Part shown: positions 1-11,694 of the stretch, piece after piece | Layout: each line of letters starts with the position of its first letter | Numbering within the stretch: the first letter of the stretch is position 1 | Origin: Octopus sinensis | Lineage: Eukaryota | Reading direction: 5' to 3' | DNA length: 25,642 nt | Assembly: GCF_006345805.1 (NCBI RefSeq) | Contig: NW_021836060.1 | Location: 1 to 25,642 of the forward strand | Translations under genes and position numbers: made by a program | Notes under the pieces: model-generated | Seen by the model: the letters and a program-made list of their open reading frames with translations, nothing else | The model's database searches: none | What the model was told of the DNA's origin: nothing

Positions 1-63
1 TGATGTTGATGATGATGATGTTGATGATGATGATGATGATGATGATTTTGATGATGATGATGA

Positions 64-136
<73 letters not shown>

Positions 137-160
137 GATGACGATGATGATGATGATGAT
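1..160. repeat. (GAT)n microsatellite
   Basis: Near-pure GAT array at the window start. Confidence 0.97.
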
Positions 161-381
161 AAGTAAGTAAACTATAATGAATAAATATAAGCTGGAAAAT
201 ATTGACAAAAGTAAAAGAGCCACCTCTCCACCACTGCCTCCCCCGTTAGCCCAACTCACAACATCCAGCATGCATACATCCATACATGGTAGAAAATAAA
301 AAAAAAGCTACTTATGCAATCATCCAGTTTTACCAACTTATACGTGCCTCCCCACAAAAGAAAAATGGATGAGAAATTCAC

Positions 382-470
382 ATGACTGTGTAACTAAAAT
401 TCCTCAGTGAAAATTGAAAGGCGTGGCGCCCATGATTAACGAGGAAACCAACATCAAACGAATGCTTCGG
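382..470 (-). CDS. Candidate coding exon C of an unidentified minus-strand gene (PKHSFDVGFLVNHGRHAFQFSLRNFSYTV)
   Basis: Unique, CpG-containing stretch with an open frame between AG (472-471) and GTGAAT (from 381). Phase 0 start fits exon B. The acceptor lacks a pyrimidine tract, and the frame could instead read on to ATG TGA as a terminal exon. Confidence 0.25.
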
Positions 471-679
471 CTGTTTATTTAGGAGTTTTTAATTTTTATT
501 AGTAATATGTTGTTAGATTTTTCCAGGTTAAGTATTTGTGTTTGAATAGCTTTATTAGAATGGAAAGGAATGGAATCGGTGAGTGGCAGAGGTTTGTTTT
601 AGAAAAAAAGAAAAAAACACCTGCGTCTTGATTCGTTTTGTTTAAACGTGTATAAAGGTGTTGGGGAGGGGGTGTATGC

Positions 680-839
680 ATATGCGTGTATGTATAGACA
701 TATACACACACAGACACATATAGACACATATACATAAATATATACATATACAGACATACATATATATTTATATACATATACATATACATGTGTATAAATA
801 TATTATATATATATATATATATATATTTTAAACATACAC

Positions 840-884
<45 letters not shown>

Positions 885-992
885 TATATACATATGTATA
901 TATATTACATTTACCACACACATATTTTGTGTGCATAACAAGAATATGCATACCTACACATGCCTATTCTTACGCATATACACGTATATTGC

Positions 993-1080
<88 letters not shown>

Positions 1081-1082
1081 TC

Positions 1083-1153
<71 letters not shown>

Positions 1154-1170
1154 CATATATATATATATCC

Positions 1171-1210
<40 letters not shown>

Positions 1211-1436
1211 ATATATCATACATACATGCATATACGTATATGTATGCGCGTGTGTGTGTATGCACATGTATGTATGTAAACGTGCATGGGTTTGTGTGTA
1301 TATGTAAATTTGTAGATGCTCTTTATATGCATAATCTCATACAATAAATTACAGATCATTGTTTTTTTCCCTCACCAACCTAACCAAGAATTTTCCTTCC
1401 TCCTTCCTCTTCACCTCACCTCTCCATTTCCCTCCA

Positions 1437-1468
<32 letters not shown>

Positions 1469-1646
1469 ATTCATGTATTCATATTCTTTTCTTTCTTTCC
1501 TTCATCTTTGCATCTGTTTGTGTAATACCTATCTATTTATCTCTTCACCTCTCTCTCTCTCTCTCTCTCACTCTCTCTCTCTCTCTCTCAATCTATCTGA
1601 TCTGTCTATTTATCTACCTATGTCTTTATGTAAATCTCTTTCTCTT

Positions 1647-1694
<48 letters not shown>

Positions 1695-1996
1695 TGTATG
1701 TGTGTATTTATGTATGTATGTAAGTATGTATTTATGTATGTATGTATGTATGTATGTATATACGTATGTATATATATACATATATATGTATGTAGGTATG
1801 TATTTATGCATGTATATACGTATGTATGTTATGTATGTATGTATGGATGGATGGATGGATGGGTATATATGTGTGCATGTTTTTGTGTGTGTATCTATGT
1901 GTGAATGCATGTATGTTTGTATAAATACACATATACCCACATACATACATATATATATATATATACATACACATACATTCATAGATACATACATAG

Positions 1997-2038
<42 letters not shown>

Positions 2039-2052
2039 GTACATACATACAT
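680..2052. repeat. Compound (TA)n/(CA)n/(CT)n/(TATG)n microsatellite field
   Basis: Direct reading; the ORFs here are YI/VC/SL low-complexity artefacts. Confidence 0.95.
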
Positions 2053-2089
2053 AATTTCAGAGTAGAGTAGGGGAAATGTTAGTAAAAGG

Positions 2090-2398
2090 GCACCATTCGA
2101 GCGTGATCGTTACCAGCATCTCCTTACTGGCACCTATGCCGGTGGCATGTGTAAAAAGATTCGAGCGAGGTCATTGCCAGTACTGCCTGACTGGCCCTCA
2201 ATGCCAGTGGCTCGTAAAAAGCACCCACTACACTCTCGGAGTGGTTGGCGTTAGGAAGGGCATCCAGCTGTAGAAACTCTGCCAGATCAAGATTGGAGCC
2301 TGGTGCAACCATCTGGTTTCGCCAGCCCTCAGTCAAAATCGTCCAACCTATGCTAGCATGGAAATCAGACGTTAAACGATAATGATGATGATGATGAT
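2090..2398 (+). mobile_element. Retroposon 3' end, family A, with (GAT)n tail
   Basis: GGTTGGCGTTAGGAAGGGCATCCAGC...CATGGAAA..GACGTTAAACGAT(GAT)n; homologous copies at 3225, 4440 and 11356. Confidence 0.85.
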
Positions 2399-2549
2399 TG
2401 TTGTTGTTGTGACAAGTATAGATGTGAGAGAGGATTGTAATTTTCTTGAAGCATTACAATATAAATTATGGAGAAGGGTAGGAGAAGTTTGAGCCATTCA
2501 TTTTTGATGCAAGGGAAAATATGTAAGATGATGTCAATGAATGGAAAGT

Positions 2550-3200
2550 AAAACAAAAGATATTGTATTACATCATGTAGGTTGCTTCAGGCTTGTATAA
2601 TATTTCAGGGAAGAGATCCCTTGTCAAATATATTTTGTTAATTATGAATTAATGAAAATAAAAGATAAGATTGATATTACCATTCATAGGTTATTTAGGC
2701 TTTTATGATATTTCAGCAAAATGTTCCCTTATTAGCAATCTCATTAATTATCAATAAATGAAAACAGAAAGGTAAGATTTTGTATTACCATACATAGGTT
2801 GTTTAAGGCTTCTATAATATTTCGGGAAAGATCTTCCTTATCAAATATATTTAACTTATCAATAAATGAAAACAAGTACAACAAACATTGTATTGATTTA
2901 CATAGATTGATGAAGGCTTTTATGACATTTTAGTCAAAATTTTCCTTATCAAATACATTTTATTTATTATCAATAAATAAAAAGCAAAGACAGAAGCAAA
3001 GAAATAAGAAATTGTTTTACTCTACATAACATGTTTAGTACTTCTATAATATTTCAGGAAACATACTTCTTTTCAAATCTATTCCATATATTATCAATAA
3101 ATGAAAGCAACAAGATAAGATATTGTTGGTTTAATGCATCTCTGATATTTCAGCAAATACTCCACTTTCCAAATATATTTCCTTGAATATCAGTAACAGA
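2550..3200. repeat. Degenerate ~110-bp tandem array (main block)
   Basis: TATTGTATTA-like anchor at about 2561, 2669, 2778, 2886, 3010 and 3121, with recurring ATAATATTTC..GAA and TCAAATATATT motifs. It resumes at about 3505-3680, 4140-4290 and 5475-5555. Confidence 0.85.
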
Positions 3201-3224
3201 AATCAAACAGAAAACATGTCAGGC

Positions 3225-3497
3225 AAATGGCACTTGTGCCGGTGGAACATAAAAGTACCTTTCAAGGATCAAGACCATTTATCATTATGCACTGGGCCTC
3301 ACAGAGGCAATGACCAAGTCCATTTGGCATATAAAAGCACCCATTACACTCTCAGAGTGGTTGGTGTCAAGAAGGGCATCCAGCCATAGAAACCATTCCA
3401 AAGTAGACAGGAGTCAGGTGCAGCCTTCCAGATTGCCAGCCCTGGTCAGACCATCCAAACCATGCCAGCATGGTCAACAGATGTTAAATGATGATGA
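3225..3497 (+). mobile_element. Retroposon 3' end, family A
   Basis: Same body and (GAT)n tail as 2090-2398; interrupts the 110-bp array. Confidence 0.85.
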
Positions 3498-3730
3498 TGA
3501 AAACTCAGAGATAAGATATTGTATTACCTTACAAAGATTATTTAAGGCTTTTATAATATTTCGGGAAAGATTTCCCTTATCAAATATATTTCATTCCTTA
3601 TCAATAAATGAAAGAGATGAGGTATTCTTAACATTTATATGATATTTGAGGAAAGATTCTTCTTACCAAATATATTCTGTTTCATCATCATCATCATCAT
3701 CATCATTAACGATCAACTTCCATGCTAGCA

Positions 3731-3908
3731 CTCTTTTACTTGTTTCAGTCATTTGACTGCAGCCATGCTGGAGCACCATCTTTGGTCAAACAAATCGACC
3801 CCAGGACTGATTCTTTGTAAACCTAGAACTTATTTTATTGGATCTCTTTTGCTGAACCACTAAGTTGTTATGTGATGCTGGGGACAAGCACAGACACACA
3901 GACACACA

Positions 3909-3941
<33 letters not shown>

Positions 3942-4113
3942 TGCAACAGGCTTCTTTCAGTTTTCGTCTATCAAATCCACCCATAAGGCTTTGGTTGACC
4001 AGAGGCTAGAGTAGGTTCAGTCCTACTGCATGGCTCAAGGTGCTACACAGTAGGACTAAACCCAGGACCATGTGGTTGGGAAGCAAGCTTCTTATCACAC
4101 AGCCAGTCCTGTA
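3731..4113 (-). mobile_element. tRNA-derived SINE, family B (diverged), next to a family A tail fragment at about 3683-3728
   Basis: Reverse complement matches the 10746-11162 copy: head, central CA/TG microsatellite and AAGTAAAAGAG tail. Confidence 0.85.
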
Positions 4114-4439
4114 GCATGTTTATTATCAATAACTGAACAAAGTGATAAAATATTGCATTACATTACATAGTTTCTATAATATTTCTATTAATGCTTTTAT
4201 ATTTCGGGAAAGATTCCCCTTCTCAAATATATTTAATTTGTTATAATGAAGAGATATGATATTGTATTACATTACATATTATATATTGTATTACTTTATC
4301 TCTCCTCTCTCGGGTGGCCAAGGATCTCCTCTTTAGTAAGACAACTATTCTCTATCACTCTGTTATACTCTAACCTCTCGCCAGACACAAAGTCACAATC
4401 TGACTCCCCCTCTCAGCTGAGAAGTCTTTGTTACACAAG

Positions 4440-4690
4440 TTACTTGGTGACCCCACTGGTGTAGGTGCCACATAAAAGCACCCAGTACTCCCTGTAAAGT
4501 GGTTGGCATTAAGAAAGATATCCAGCCAAAGATATCTGTAAAGTGGTTGGCATTACGAAAGATATCCAGCCATGGTAACCATGCCAAAAGAGACAACCAG
4601 AGTCTAGTGCAGTTCTCCAGCTTACCAGCTCCAACAAAAGCATCGAACACATGTCAGCATGGAAAACTGATATTTAAATGATGATGATGA
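4440..4690 (+). mobile_element. Retroposon 3' end, family A, with a short internal tandem duplication
   Basis: CTGTAAAGTGGTTGGCATTA..AAAGATATCCAGCCA occurs twice; (GAT)n tail. Confidence 0.8.
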
Positions 4691-4817
4691 TGGTGGTGGT
4701 AATGATGATGATGGTGACGGTGGTGATGGTGGTGATAACAACGACAACAGCAACGACGACAATGATGATGATAATGATGGTGATGATGTTGGTGGTAGTG
4801 GTGGTGATGGTGGTGGT

Positions 4818-5232
4818 GGCGGCAAGCTGGCAGAAACGCTAGCACGCCGGTCGAAATGCTTGGTCGTATTTCGTCTGCCGCTACGTTCTGAGTTCAAATT
4901 CCGCCGAGGTCGACTTTGCCTTTCATCCTTTCGGGGTCGATAAATTAAGTACCAGTTACGCACTGGGGTCGATATATTCGACTTAATCCGTTTGTCTGCC
5001 CTTGTTTGTCCTCTCTAAGTTTAGCCCCTTGTGGGTAGTAAAGAAATAGGTATTTCGTCTGCCCCTACGTTCTGAGTTCAAATTCCGCCGAGGTCGACTT
5101 TGCCTTTCATCCTTTCGGGGTCGATAAATTAAGTACCAGTTACACACTGGGGTCGATGTAATCGACTTAATCCGTTTGTCTGTCCTTGTTTGTCCCCTCT
5201 GTGTTTAGCCCCTTGTGGGTAGTAAAGAAATA
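4818..5232 (+). mobile_element. tRNA-derived SINE, family D, tandem dimer inside a (GGT/GAT)n field
   Basis: A-box-like TGGCAGAAACGCTAG and B-box GTTCAAATTCC; 184-bp duplication 4866-5049 / 5050-5233. The CCTTTCATCCTTTCGGGGTCGATAAA segment resembles the Meta SINE domain (from recall, not searched). Confidence 0.9.
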
Positions 5233-5752
5233 GGTGGTGGTGATGATGGTGGTGGTGGGGGAGGTGGTGATGACGATGATCACAGCGATGACAGCGACAA
5301 CAACAGCAATGACGATGATGATGGTGATGATAATGATGATGATGGTAGTGGTAGTGGTGGTAGTGGTGGTGGTGGTGATGATGTTGGTGATGATAATGAC
5401 GACAACAAAAACAACGATGAAGATGATGATGATGATGACGATGACGATGATGACATAAATGGCTTAATGCTTCAATAATATTTCGGAAACTATTCCCTTT
5501 ACCAAACATTGGATAGAAAATAACAGAAGAGTTCCAAAAAAGAAATATCATTACCAGCAGGAGTGGCTGTGTGGTAAGTAGCTTGTTTACCAACCACATG
5601 GTTCCGGGTTCAGTCCCACTGCGTGGCACCTTGGGCGAGTGTTTTCTACTATAGCCTCGGGCCGACCAAAGCATTGTGAGTGGATTTGGTAGACGGAAAC
5701 TGAAAGAACCCGTTGTATTATGATGTATGTATATATATATATATATATATCG

Positions 5753-5956
5753 ATGCTGCTGCCGCATTATGTCGTACGGGAACGAGAAGATTTGCATCCC
5801 CCACCAAGAATTCGGAAGTAACACATGTCCTTTGAAGCTGTTGTGCGCGGCTGAATAAGGCCACAACATACATTAGATTTTTATGATCTGTCTAATAAAG
5901 GCCCGAAACATTTGTAGCTGAATCCTCGCCTCATGTTTTTATTTTTATTTTATTTG

Positions 5957-5960
<4 letters not shown>
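5753..5960 (+). mobile_element. PLE-like terminal fragment nested in the (TA)n of a SINE
   Basis: Diverged copy of 14090-14302, flanked by (TA)n on both sides. Confidence 0.8.
5847..5920 (+). ncRNA. Degenerate type I hammerhead ribozyme
   Basis: GCGG-CTGAATA-AGGCC...GGCCC-GAAA-CATTTG-TA. G8 is changed to U, and helix I and helix III are damaged relative to the 14191 copy. Confidence 0.6.
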
Positions 5961-5998
<38 letters not shown>

Positions 5999-6241
5999 GT
6001 GTGTGTGTGTTTTTGTGTTTGTCCCCCTAGCATTGCTTGACAACCGATACTGGTGTGTTTATGTCCCCGTTACTTAGCGGTTCGGCAAAAGAGACCGATA
6101 GAATAAGTACTGGGCTTACAAAAGAATAAGTCCCGGGGTCGAGTTGCTCGATTAAAGGTGGTGCTCCAGCATGGCCGCAGTCAAATGACTGAAACAAGTA
6201 AAAGAGTAAAAGAGTAAAGAGTATAACAGCATGCCATTCAC

Positions 6242-6308
6242 GTGAGTTGCGAAGAAGTTTTCCGAATGCCACCATGCAATAAACAGAGTCAAATGACGGA
6301 TGGCTTTC
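6242..6308 (-). CDS. Candidate coding exon B (KKAIRHLTLFIAWWHSENFFATH)
   Basis: Strong acceptor TTTTTCGTTTTTCTTAG and donor CAC|GTGAAT; 67 nt; in frame with exon A across an 81-nt intron (6309-6389). Confidence 0.5.
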
Positions 6309-6389
6309 CTAAGAAAAACGAAAAATTTCTTTCCCAGCTTCCAAATCCGTTGGGGTAATTCTTAAAACCATTGTCTTCTATTTGTTTAC

Positions 6390-6538
6390 TTTTTTAGTGC
6401 CTTCAAGACACTGCTCCACAGATATTTGCTAAACTGAAAGGGCAATCCATTAATCTGCTGAAAATATTCTTTCCCTAAATCATTAGTCATTGTCAGATTA
6501 ACTCTGTGGGACCATAAGTCATTTTGGAGTTGAAAACT
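6390..6538 (-). CDS. Candidate coding exon A ([49 protein letters not shown])
   Basis: Acceptor TTGTATTTCCTCAG and donor AA|GTAAAC; 149 nt with 49 open codons in unique sequence. Protein not recognised. Confidence 0.5.
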
Positions 6539-6599
6539 CTGAGGAAATACAACTTCAAAAGTTCAATTTTTTTCCCCACAATATCAACCCCTTCTGAGT

Positions 6600-6672
6600 A
6601 TGTGAGAGCATGTGTCTGTGTATGTGTGCCCGTCTGTACATGTGTGCATGAGTGTGTGTATCTGTGCATGTA

Positions 6673-6730
<58 letters not shown>

Positions 6731-6752
6731 TATATATAATATATATATATAT

Positions 6753-6798
<46 letters not shown>

Positions 6799-7013
6799 CA
6801 TATGCATATACATATATATATATACATATATATACATATATATACACACACATATACATATCATATATATTATATAATATATATATATATATATATACAT
6901 ATCATATGCATATAAAATACATATATATATCAATATATATATACCACACATATACATATACATATACATACATATATATATTATCATCATCAATCATCAT
7001 CATCGTTTAACGT

Positions 7014-7052
<39 letters not shown>

Positions 7053-7075
7053 TATATATTATATATATATATATA
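6600..7075. repeat. (TA)n-rich microsatellite field
   Basis: Direct reading. Confidence 0.95.
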
Positions 7076-7166
7076 GGGAGAGTTTACGAAAAGAAAACAA
7101 AAGACACAGACAGGTGGTGTACAAAACAACAGATGTATTAGTATAACGCTCAGGAATAGAAAAAGT

Positions 7167-7202
7167 CTTTTATGTTTCGAGCCTACGCTCTTCTACAGAA
7201 AG
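7167..7202 (-). ncRNA. Degenerate minimal hammerhead on a PLE-like end (about 7078-7260)
   Basis: Minus strand CTTT-CTGTAGA-A-GAGC-GTAG-GCTC-GAAA-C-ATA-AAAG. Helix I and helix II pair, but the core differs from CUGANGA. Confidence 0.5.
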
Positions 7203-7399
7203 GGACACAGAAAAAACAAGGAGAGAAAAAAGATGTGTGTAGTGGCTAATGATTCAGCCACGCAATTAGCTGACCCATGATTATAATTATAGAATATTTA
7301 TATCATTTTGCCTAAAAAAGTTATTTTTACGTACCGAACTACTTGGTAAAATTATTAATTCATTAATTGATTAATTAATTAAGTTTATATATATATATA

Positions 7400-7697
7400 T
7401 ATATATAAAAGGAAATGAAGAAAATGCTGACAAAATAATTTAAGTAATTTAAGTAATTTAATTAGGTGAAAGTTCTTTTTACTGGTTGCGCATTTGTTAT
7501 GCTTATCAAAAGATTAGAGTTCCTTTCTGATAGATTTTTTCCTCTTATAAGAGGAAAAAAATCTATCAGAAAGGAACTCTAATCTTTTGATAAGCATAAC
7601 AAATGCGCAACCAGTAAAAAGAACTTTCACCTAATTAAATTACTTAAATTACTTAAATTATTTTGTCAGCATTTTCTTCATTTTCTTTTTTATATAT
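7400..7697. repeat. ~300-bp near-perfect palindrome without spacer
   Basis: Centre CCTCTTA|TAAGAGG (7547/7548). Arms differ by a 1-nt T/A-run indel and by a few bases at the outer ends. Flanked by TA repeats. Confidence 0.97.
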
Positions 7698-7744
7698 CAC
7701 AACTCGTGTTCCACATCTCCTTTTTTAAATATATATTTATATAT

Positions 7745-8205
<461 letters not shown>

Positions 8206-8209
8206 TCTG

Positions 8210-8210
8210 A

Positions 8211-8276
<66 letters not shown>

Positions 8277-8349
8277 GCAGACAGACAGACAGAAAGACAG
8301 ACAGGCAGACAGACAGATAGATAGATAGATAGATAGGTAGCTAGCTAGC

Positions 8350-8393
<44 letters not shown>

Positions 8394-8394
8394 C

Positions 8395-8475
<81 letters not shown>
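8210..8475. repeat. (TA)n(GA)n(GACA)n(GATA)n compound microsatellite
   Basis: Direct reading. Confidence 0.97.
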
Positions 8476-8689
8476 TGTAGGTTGGTAGACAGACATTCAC
8501 ATATGTATGGTAACTTATATGTAAGCATGTCGGTTCATATTTATCCTGTTATGTAAATAATATGTGTGTGTGTTTTTTTTGTCTTGTGTGCTTAACAAGC
8601 TATCAGAGAATGGTGAGGAAAAGATGGACGTGTGGCTGGGTGAATATGTTGACAAATTCCATTTGTAACCAAAGAATGGACATGTGAAG

Positions 8690-8960
8690 ACCATCACCAC
8701 CAACAACACCACCAACAACAACACCACCAACACCACCATCACCACCACCGGCTCCACCAACATCTCGGTCACCACGACCCTTCACTACCACCATCACTAC
8801 CGCTAACACTACCACCATCACCGCTACCAACAACAACAACACCATCATTATCACCGCCACCAACAACAACACCAACCAACACCACCATCACCACCATTAC
8901 TACCACACCAACAACACTCCCCCGCCACCATCACTAACATCAACGACAACAGCCACAACA
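8690..8960. repeat. (CAC/CAA)n trinucleotide field
   Basis: Direct reading. Confidence 0.9.
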
Positions 8961-9339
8961 ATGGCGGTGCCGTGTTTGGAAGGTTTTCCTTTTTTTTCCT
9001 TTCCCTTTCCATATTTTCTCTTTCTCTTACATTTTCTGTTTCCTTTTGTCTTTCGTTCCTTCCCTCACCACCTCCTTCTGGCAAATTGACTATCGTAAAT
9101 CATCCACCATTTCCCTTATAACGAACCAATCCATCTCCATTTTCAATGAATTCAACTGTAAGCAGACGACACCTCTGCCACTAATCTATCGTCTGCTCTC
9201 CTAACAGTTTCCGGTCTTTTCTTCTTTTTTTCTTTTAAAGAAGTCACTGGAAAATGACGTCCTGTCTTCTATCTTTCTTTTTTTCCTATTTTAGCTATTT
9301 TTACTTTCTTTAATTTGATTGAATAAGCTTCTTTTCTTT

Positions 9340-9438
9340 CTAAAACTCGTTCTTTTTCTCTTTCCCTCTCTCTCTCTCTCTCTCTCTCCCTCTTTCGCTT
9401 TCATTCTCTTGATCAAATGAACGAAAAGATAAAATAAA

Positions 9439-9478
<40 letters not shown>

Positions 9479-10170
9479 TTTCGCTTTCATTCTCTTGATC
9501 AAATGAACGAAAAGATGAAATAAACTCTTTCTCTCTCTCTCTCCCTTTCTTCCTCAATTTTTTTGTGTCTCTTTCTTTCTGTCATTGTTTCTCTCTATCT
9601 CTTCCCTTCTTTCCTCAATTATTCTCCCTCTCTCTCCTTCTCCCTCTTTCTCTTTCGCTCCCCCTCACTCTCTTTCTTGATCAAATGAAATATTAACCAA
9701 ACTCTTTCACTCTCTCTTAATCTCCCTCTTTCCATCTCTCCATATCTTTCTTTTTCCTATATTCTCTCTCTCTCTCTCTTTCTCTTCATTTCACTTTTTC
9801 TCTCTCATCCTCTCTCTCTATTTCTCATTTTCTGTCTCTCTCTTTTCCTTTCTCTTTAATTTCTCCCTCTCTCTCTCTCTCTCTCTCTCTTTTCCATTTC
9901 TCTTTCTCTCTCTTTATCTCTCTTTCTCTCTCTTTCTCTCTCTTTATCTCTCTTTATCTCTCTTTCTCTCTCTTTCTCTCTCTTTATCTCTCTTTATCTC
10001 TCTTTCTCTCTCTTTCTCTCTCTCTTCTACTCTCCCTCTCTTTTTCATCCACTCTCTCTCTCGCTTCCTTTCTCCCTCTCTTTTTCTCTTTCCAGCTCTC
10101 TCTCCCTCCCCTCTCTCACTTTCTCTCCATTATCCTCTCCCACCCTCTCGTGCCCCCACCCTCTCTCTCA
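9340..10170. repeat. CT-rich polypyrimidine tract with a ~95-bp local duplication
   Basis: TTTCGCTTTCATTCTCTTGATCAAATGAACGAAAAGAT at about 9391 and 9479; degenerate third copy at about 9650-9700. Confidence 0.9.
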
Positions 10171-10284
10171 GTCGGGTTCACTAACGAACGAATGCTCATG
10201 TGAATGAAAACGAAAGATCAAATTAATGAATAATCAAAAACCAATGAACGGAATGGGCAGGGATTGAGCACCACGTTGGTCACT

Positions 10285-10568
10285 TGTGTGTGGTGTGTGT
10301 GTGTGTTGTGTGTGTGTGTGTGTGTGAGTGTGTGTGTGTGTGCGTGTGTGAGTGAGTGAGAGTGAGTGTATGTGAGTGTGTGGGAGTGTGTGTGAGTGTG
10401 AGTGTGTGTGTGTGTGTGTTGTGTGTGAGTGTGTGTGTGTGAGTGTGTGTGTGAGTGTGTGTGTGTGTGTGTGTGAGTGAGTGTGAGTGAGTGTATGTGA
10501 GTGTGTGGGAGTGTATGTGTGTGAGTGTGTGTGTGTGAATGTGTGTGTGTGTGTGTGTGTGTGTGTGA
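10285..10568. repeat. (GT/GAGT)n microsatellite
   Basis: Direct reading. Confidence 0.95.
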
Positions 10569-10640
10569 TTGACGTGTGGCGGTGTCTGTTTTATTCTTCT
10601 TCATTTGTCGGCGGAATGGCGGGAGCGGTGTTTTCCTCAC

Positions 10641-10690
10641 ACATCGCTGGCCACAAAGGACAGTGGACGATGTCACCCTGATAAACGAGG
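10641..10690 (-). CDS. Candidate coding exon E (SSFIRVTSSTVLCGQRC)
   Basis: Acceptor TTTGGATTTTCTAG and donor TGT|GTGAGG; 50 nt; phases fit D and A. An alternative frame gives LVYQGDIVHCPLWPAMCEENTAPAIPPTNEEE*. Confidence 0.2.
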
Positions 10691-10745
10691 CTAGAAAATC
10701 CAAACAGACGGATTGCGATATAATGTAAGGAAAATGTATACATAC

Positions 10746-11162
10746 AGGCGCAGGAGTGGCTGTGTGGTAAGTAGCTTGCTAACCAACCACATGGTTCCGG
10801 GTTCAGTCCCACTGCGTGGCATCTTGGGCAAGTGTCTTCTACTATAGCCCCGGGCCGACCAATGCCTTATGAGTGGATTTGGTAGACGGAAACTGAAAGA
10901 AGCCCGTCGTATATATGTATATATATATATATATGCGTGTGTGTGTTTGTGTGTCTGTGTTTGTCCCCCCAGTATTGCTTGACAACCGATGCTGGTGTGT
11001 TTACGTCCCCGTCACTTAGCGGTTCGGCAAAAGAGACCGATAGAATAAGTACTGGGCTTACAAAGAATAAGTCCCGGGGTCGAGTTGCTCGATTAAAGGC
11101 GGTGCTCCAGCATGACCGCAGTCAAATGACTGAAACAAGTAAAATAGTAAAAGAGTAAAAGA
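10746..11162 (+). mobile_element. Full-length tRNA-derived SINE, family B, with a 10-bp TSD
   Basis: A-box-like TGGCTGTGTGGT and B-box-like GGTTCAGTCCC. TTGGGCAAGT recalls the start of the CORE domain (from recall). Internal TA/TG microsatellite, (GTAAAAGA)n tail, and TSD GTATACATAC at 10736-10745 and 11163-11172. Confidence 0.93.
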
Positions 11163-11194
11163 GTATACATACGTGTCTGCGAGTGTATATATAT

Positions 11195-11645
11195 GATGCA
11201 GATATTGCTGTGTGGTTAAAGGTTTGCTCCCCAACCGCATCGTTCCAAGTTCAGTCCCCTTACGTGGCACCTTGGGCAAGTTCTTTTTTACTGTAACTTC
11301 AAACCGATCAGAGCCTTGTGTGGATTTGATTGACGGAAACTAAATGAATCCCGTTCATCATCATCGTCATCATTCAACATCCGTTTTCCATATTGGCAGG
11401 GGTTGGACGGTTTGACAGGAACTGGAAAATCGGAAGTCTGCGCAAAGCTTCACTTTCCGTTTTGGCATGTTTCTTTTACAGCTGGATTCCCTTCCAAATG
11501 CCAACCACTTAAGAGAGTGGCCTGGGTGATTTTCATGTGGCACCAGCACTGGAAAGGTCTATTTTGACATGATTTTTACAACTGGATTCCCTTCCAAATG
11601 CCAACCTCTTCACAGAGTGTGTATGTATTGCATATATATATATAT

Positions 11646-11694
<49 letters not shown>

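Larger units (their letters stand above)
5557..6224 (+). mobile_element. tRNA-derived SINE, family B, split by a nested insertion at 5753-5960
   Basis: 5557-5720 and 5995-6224 are colinear with the intact 10746-11162 copy. Confidence 0.9.

Noticed and set aside
499-2070. Long ORFs rich in YI/VC/HT repeats (also at 5129-5478, 6493-7010, 8515-9084, 10218-10703, 15499-15925 and 24290-25631)
   Set aside because: They are translations of stop-free microsatellites, not genes.
4818-4900. tRNA genes at the SINE heads (also 5557, 10746, 16377)
   Set aside because: A and B boxes are present but there is no full cloverleaf, and they continue into SINE bodies.
10576-10727. Plus frame VAVSVLFFFICRR... 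resembling a transmembrane segment plus tail (protocadherin-like)
   Set aside because: Stop codon immediately upstream, no acceptor and no cadherin motifs.
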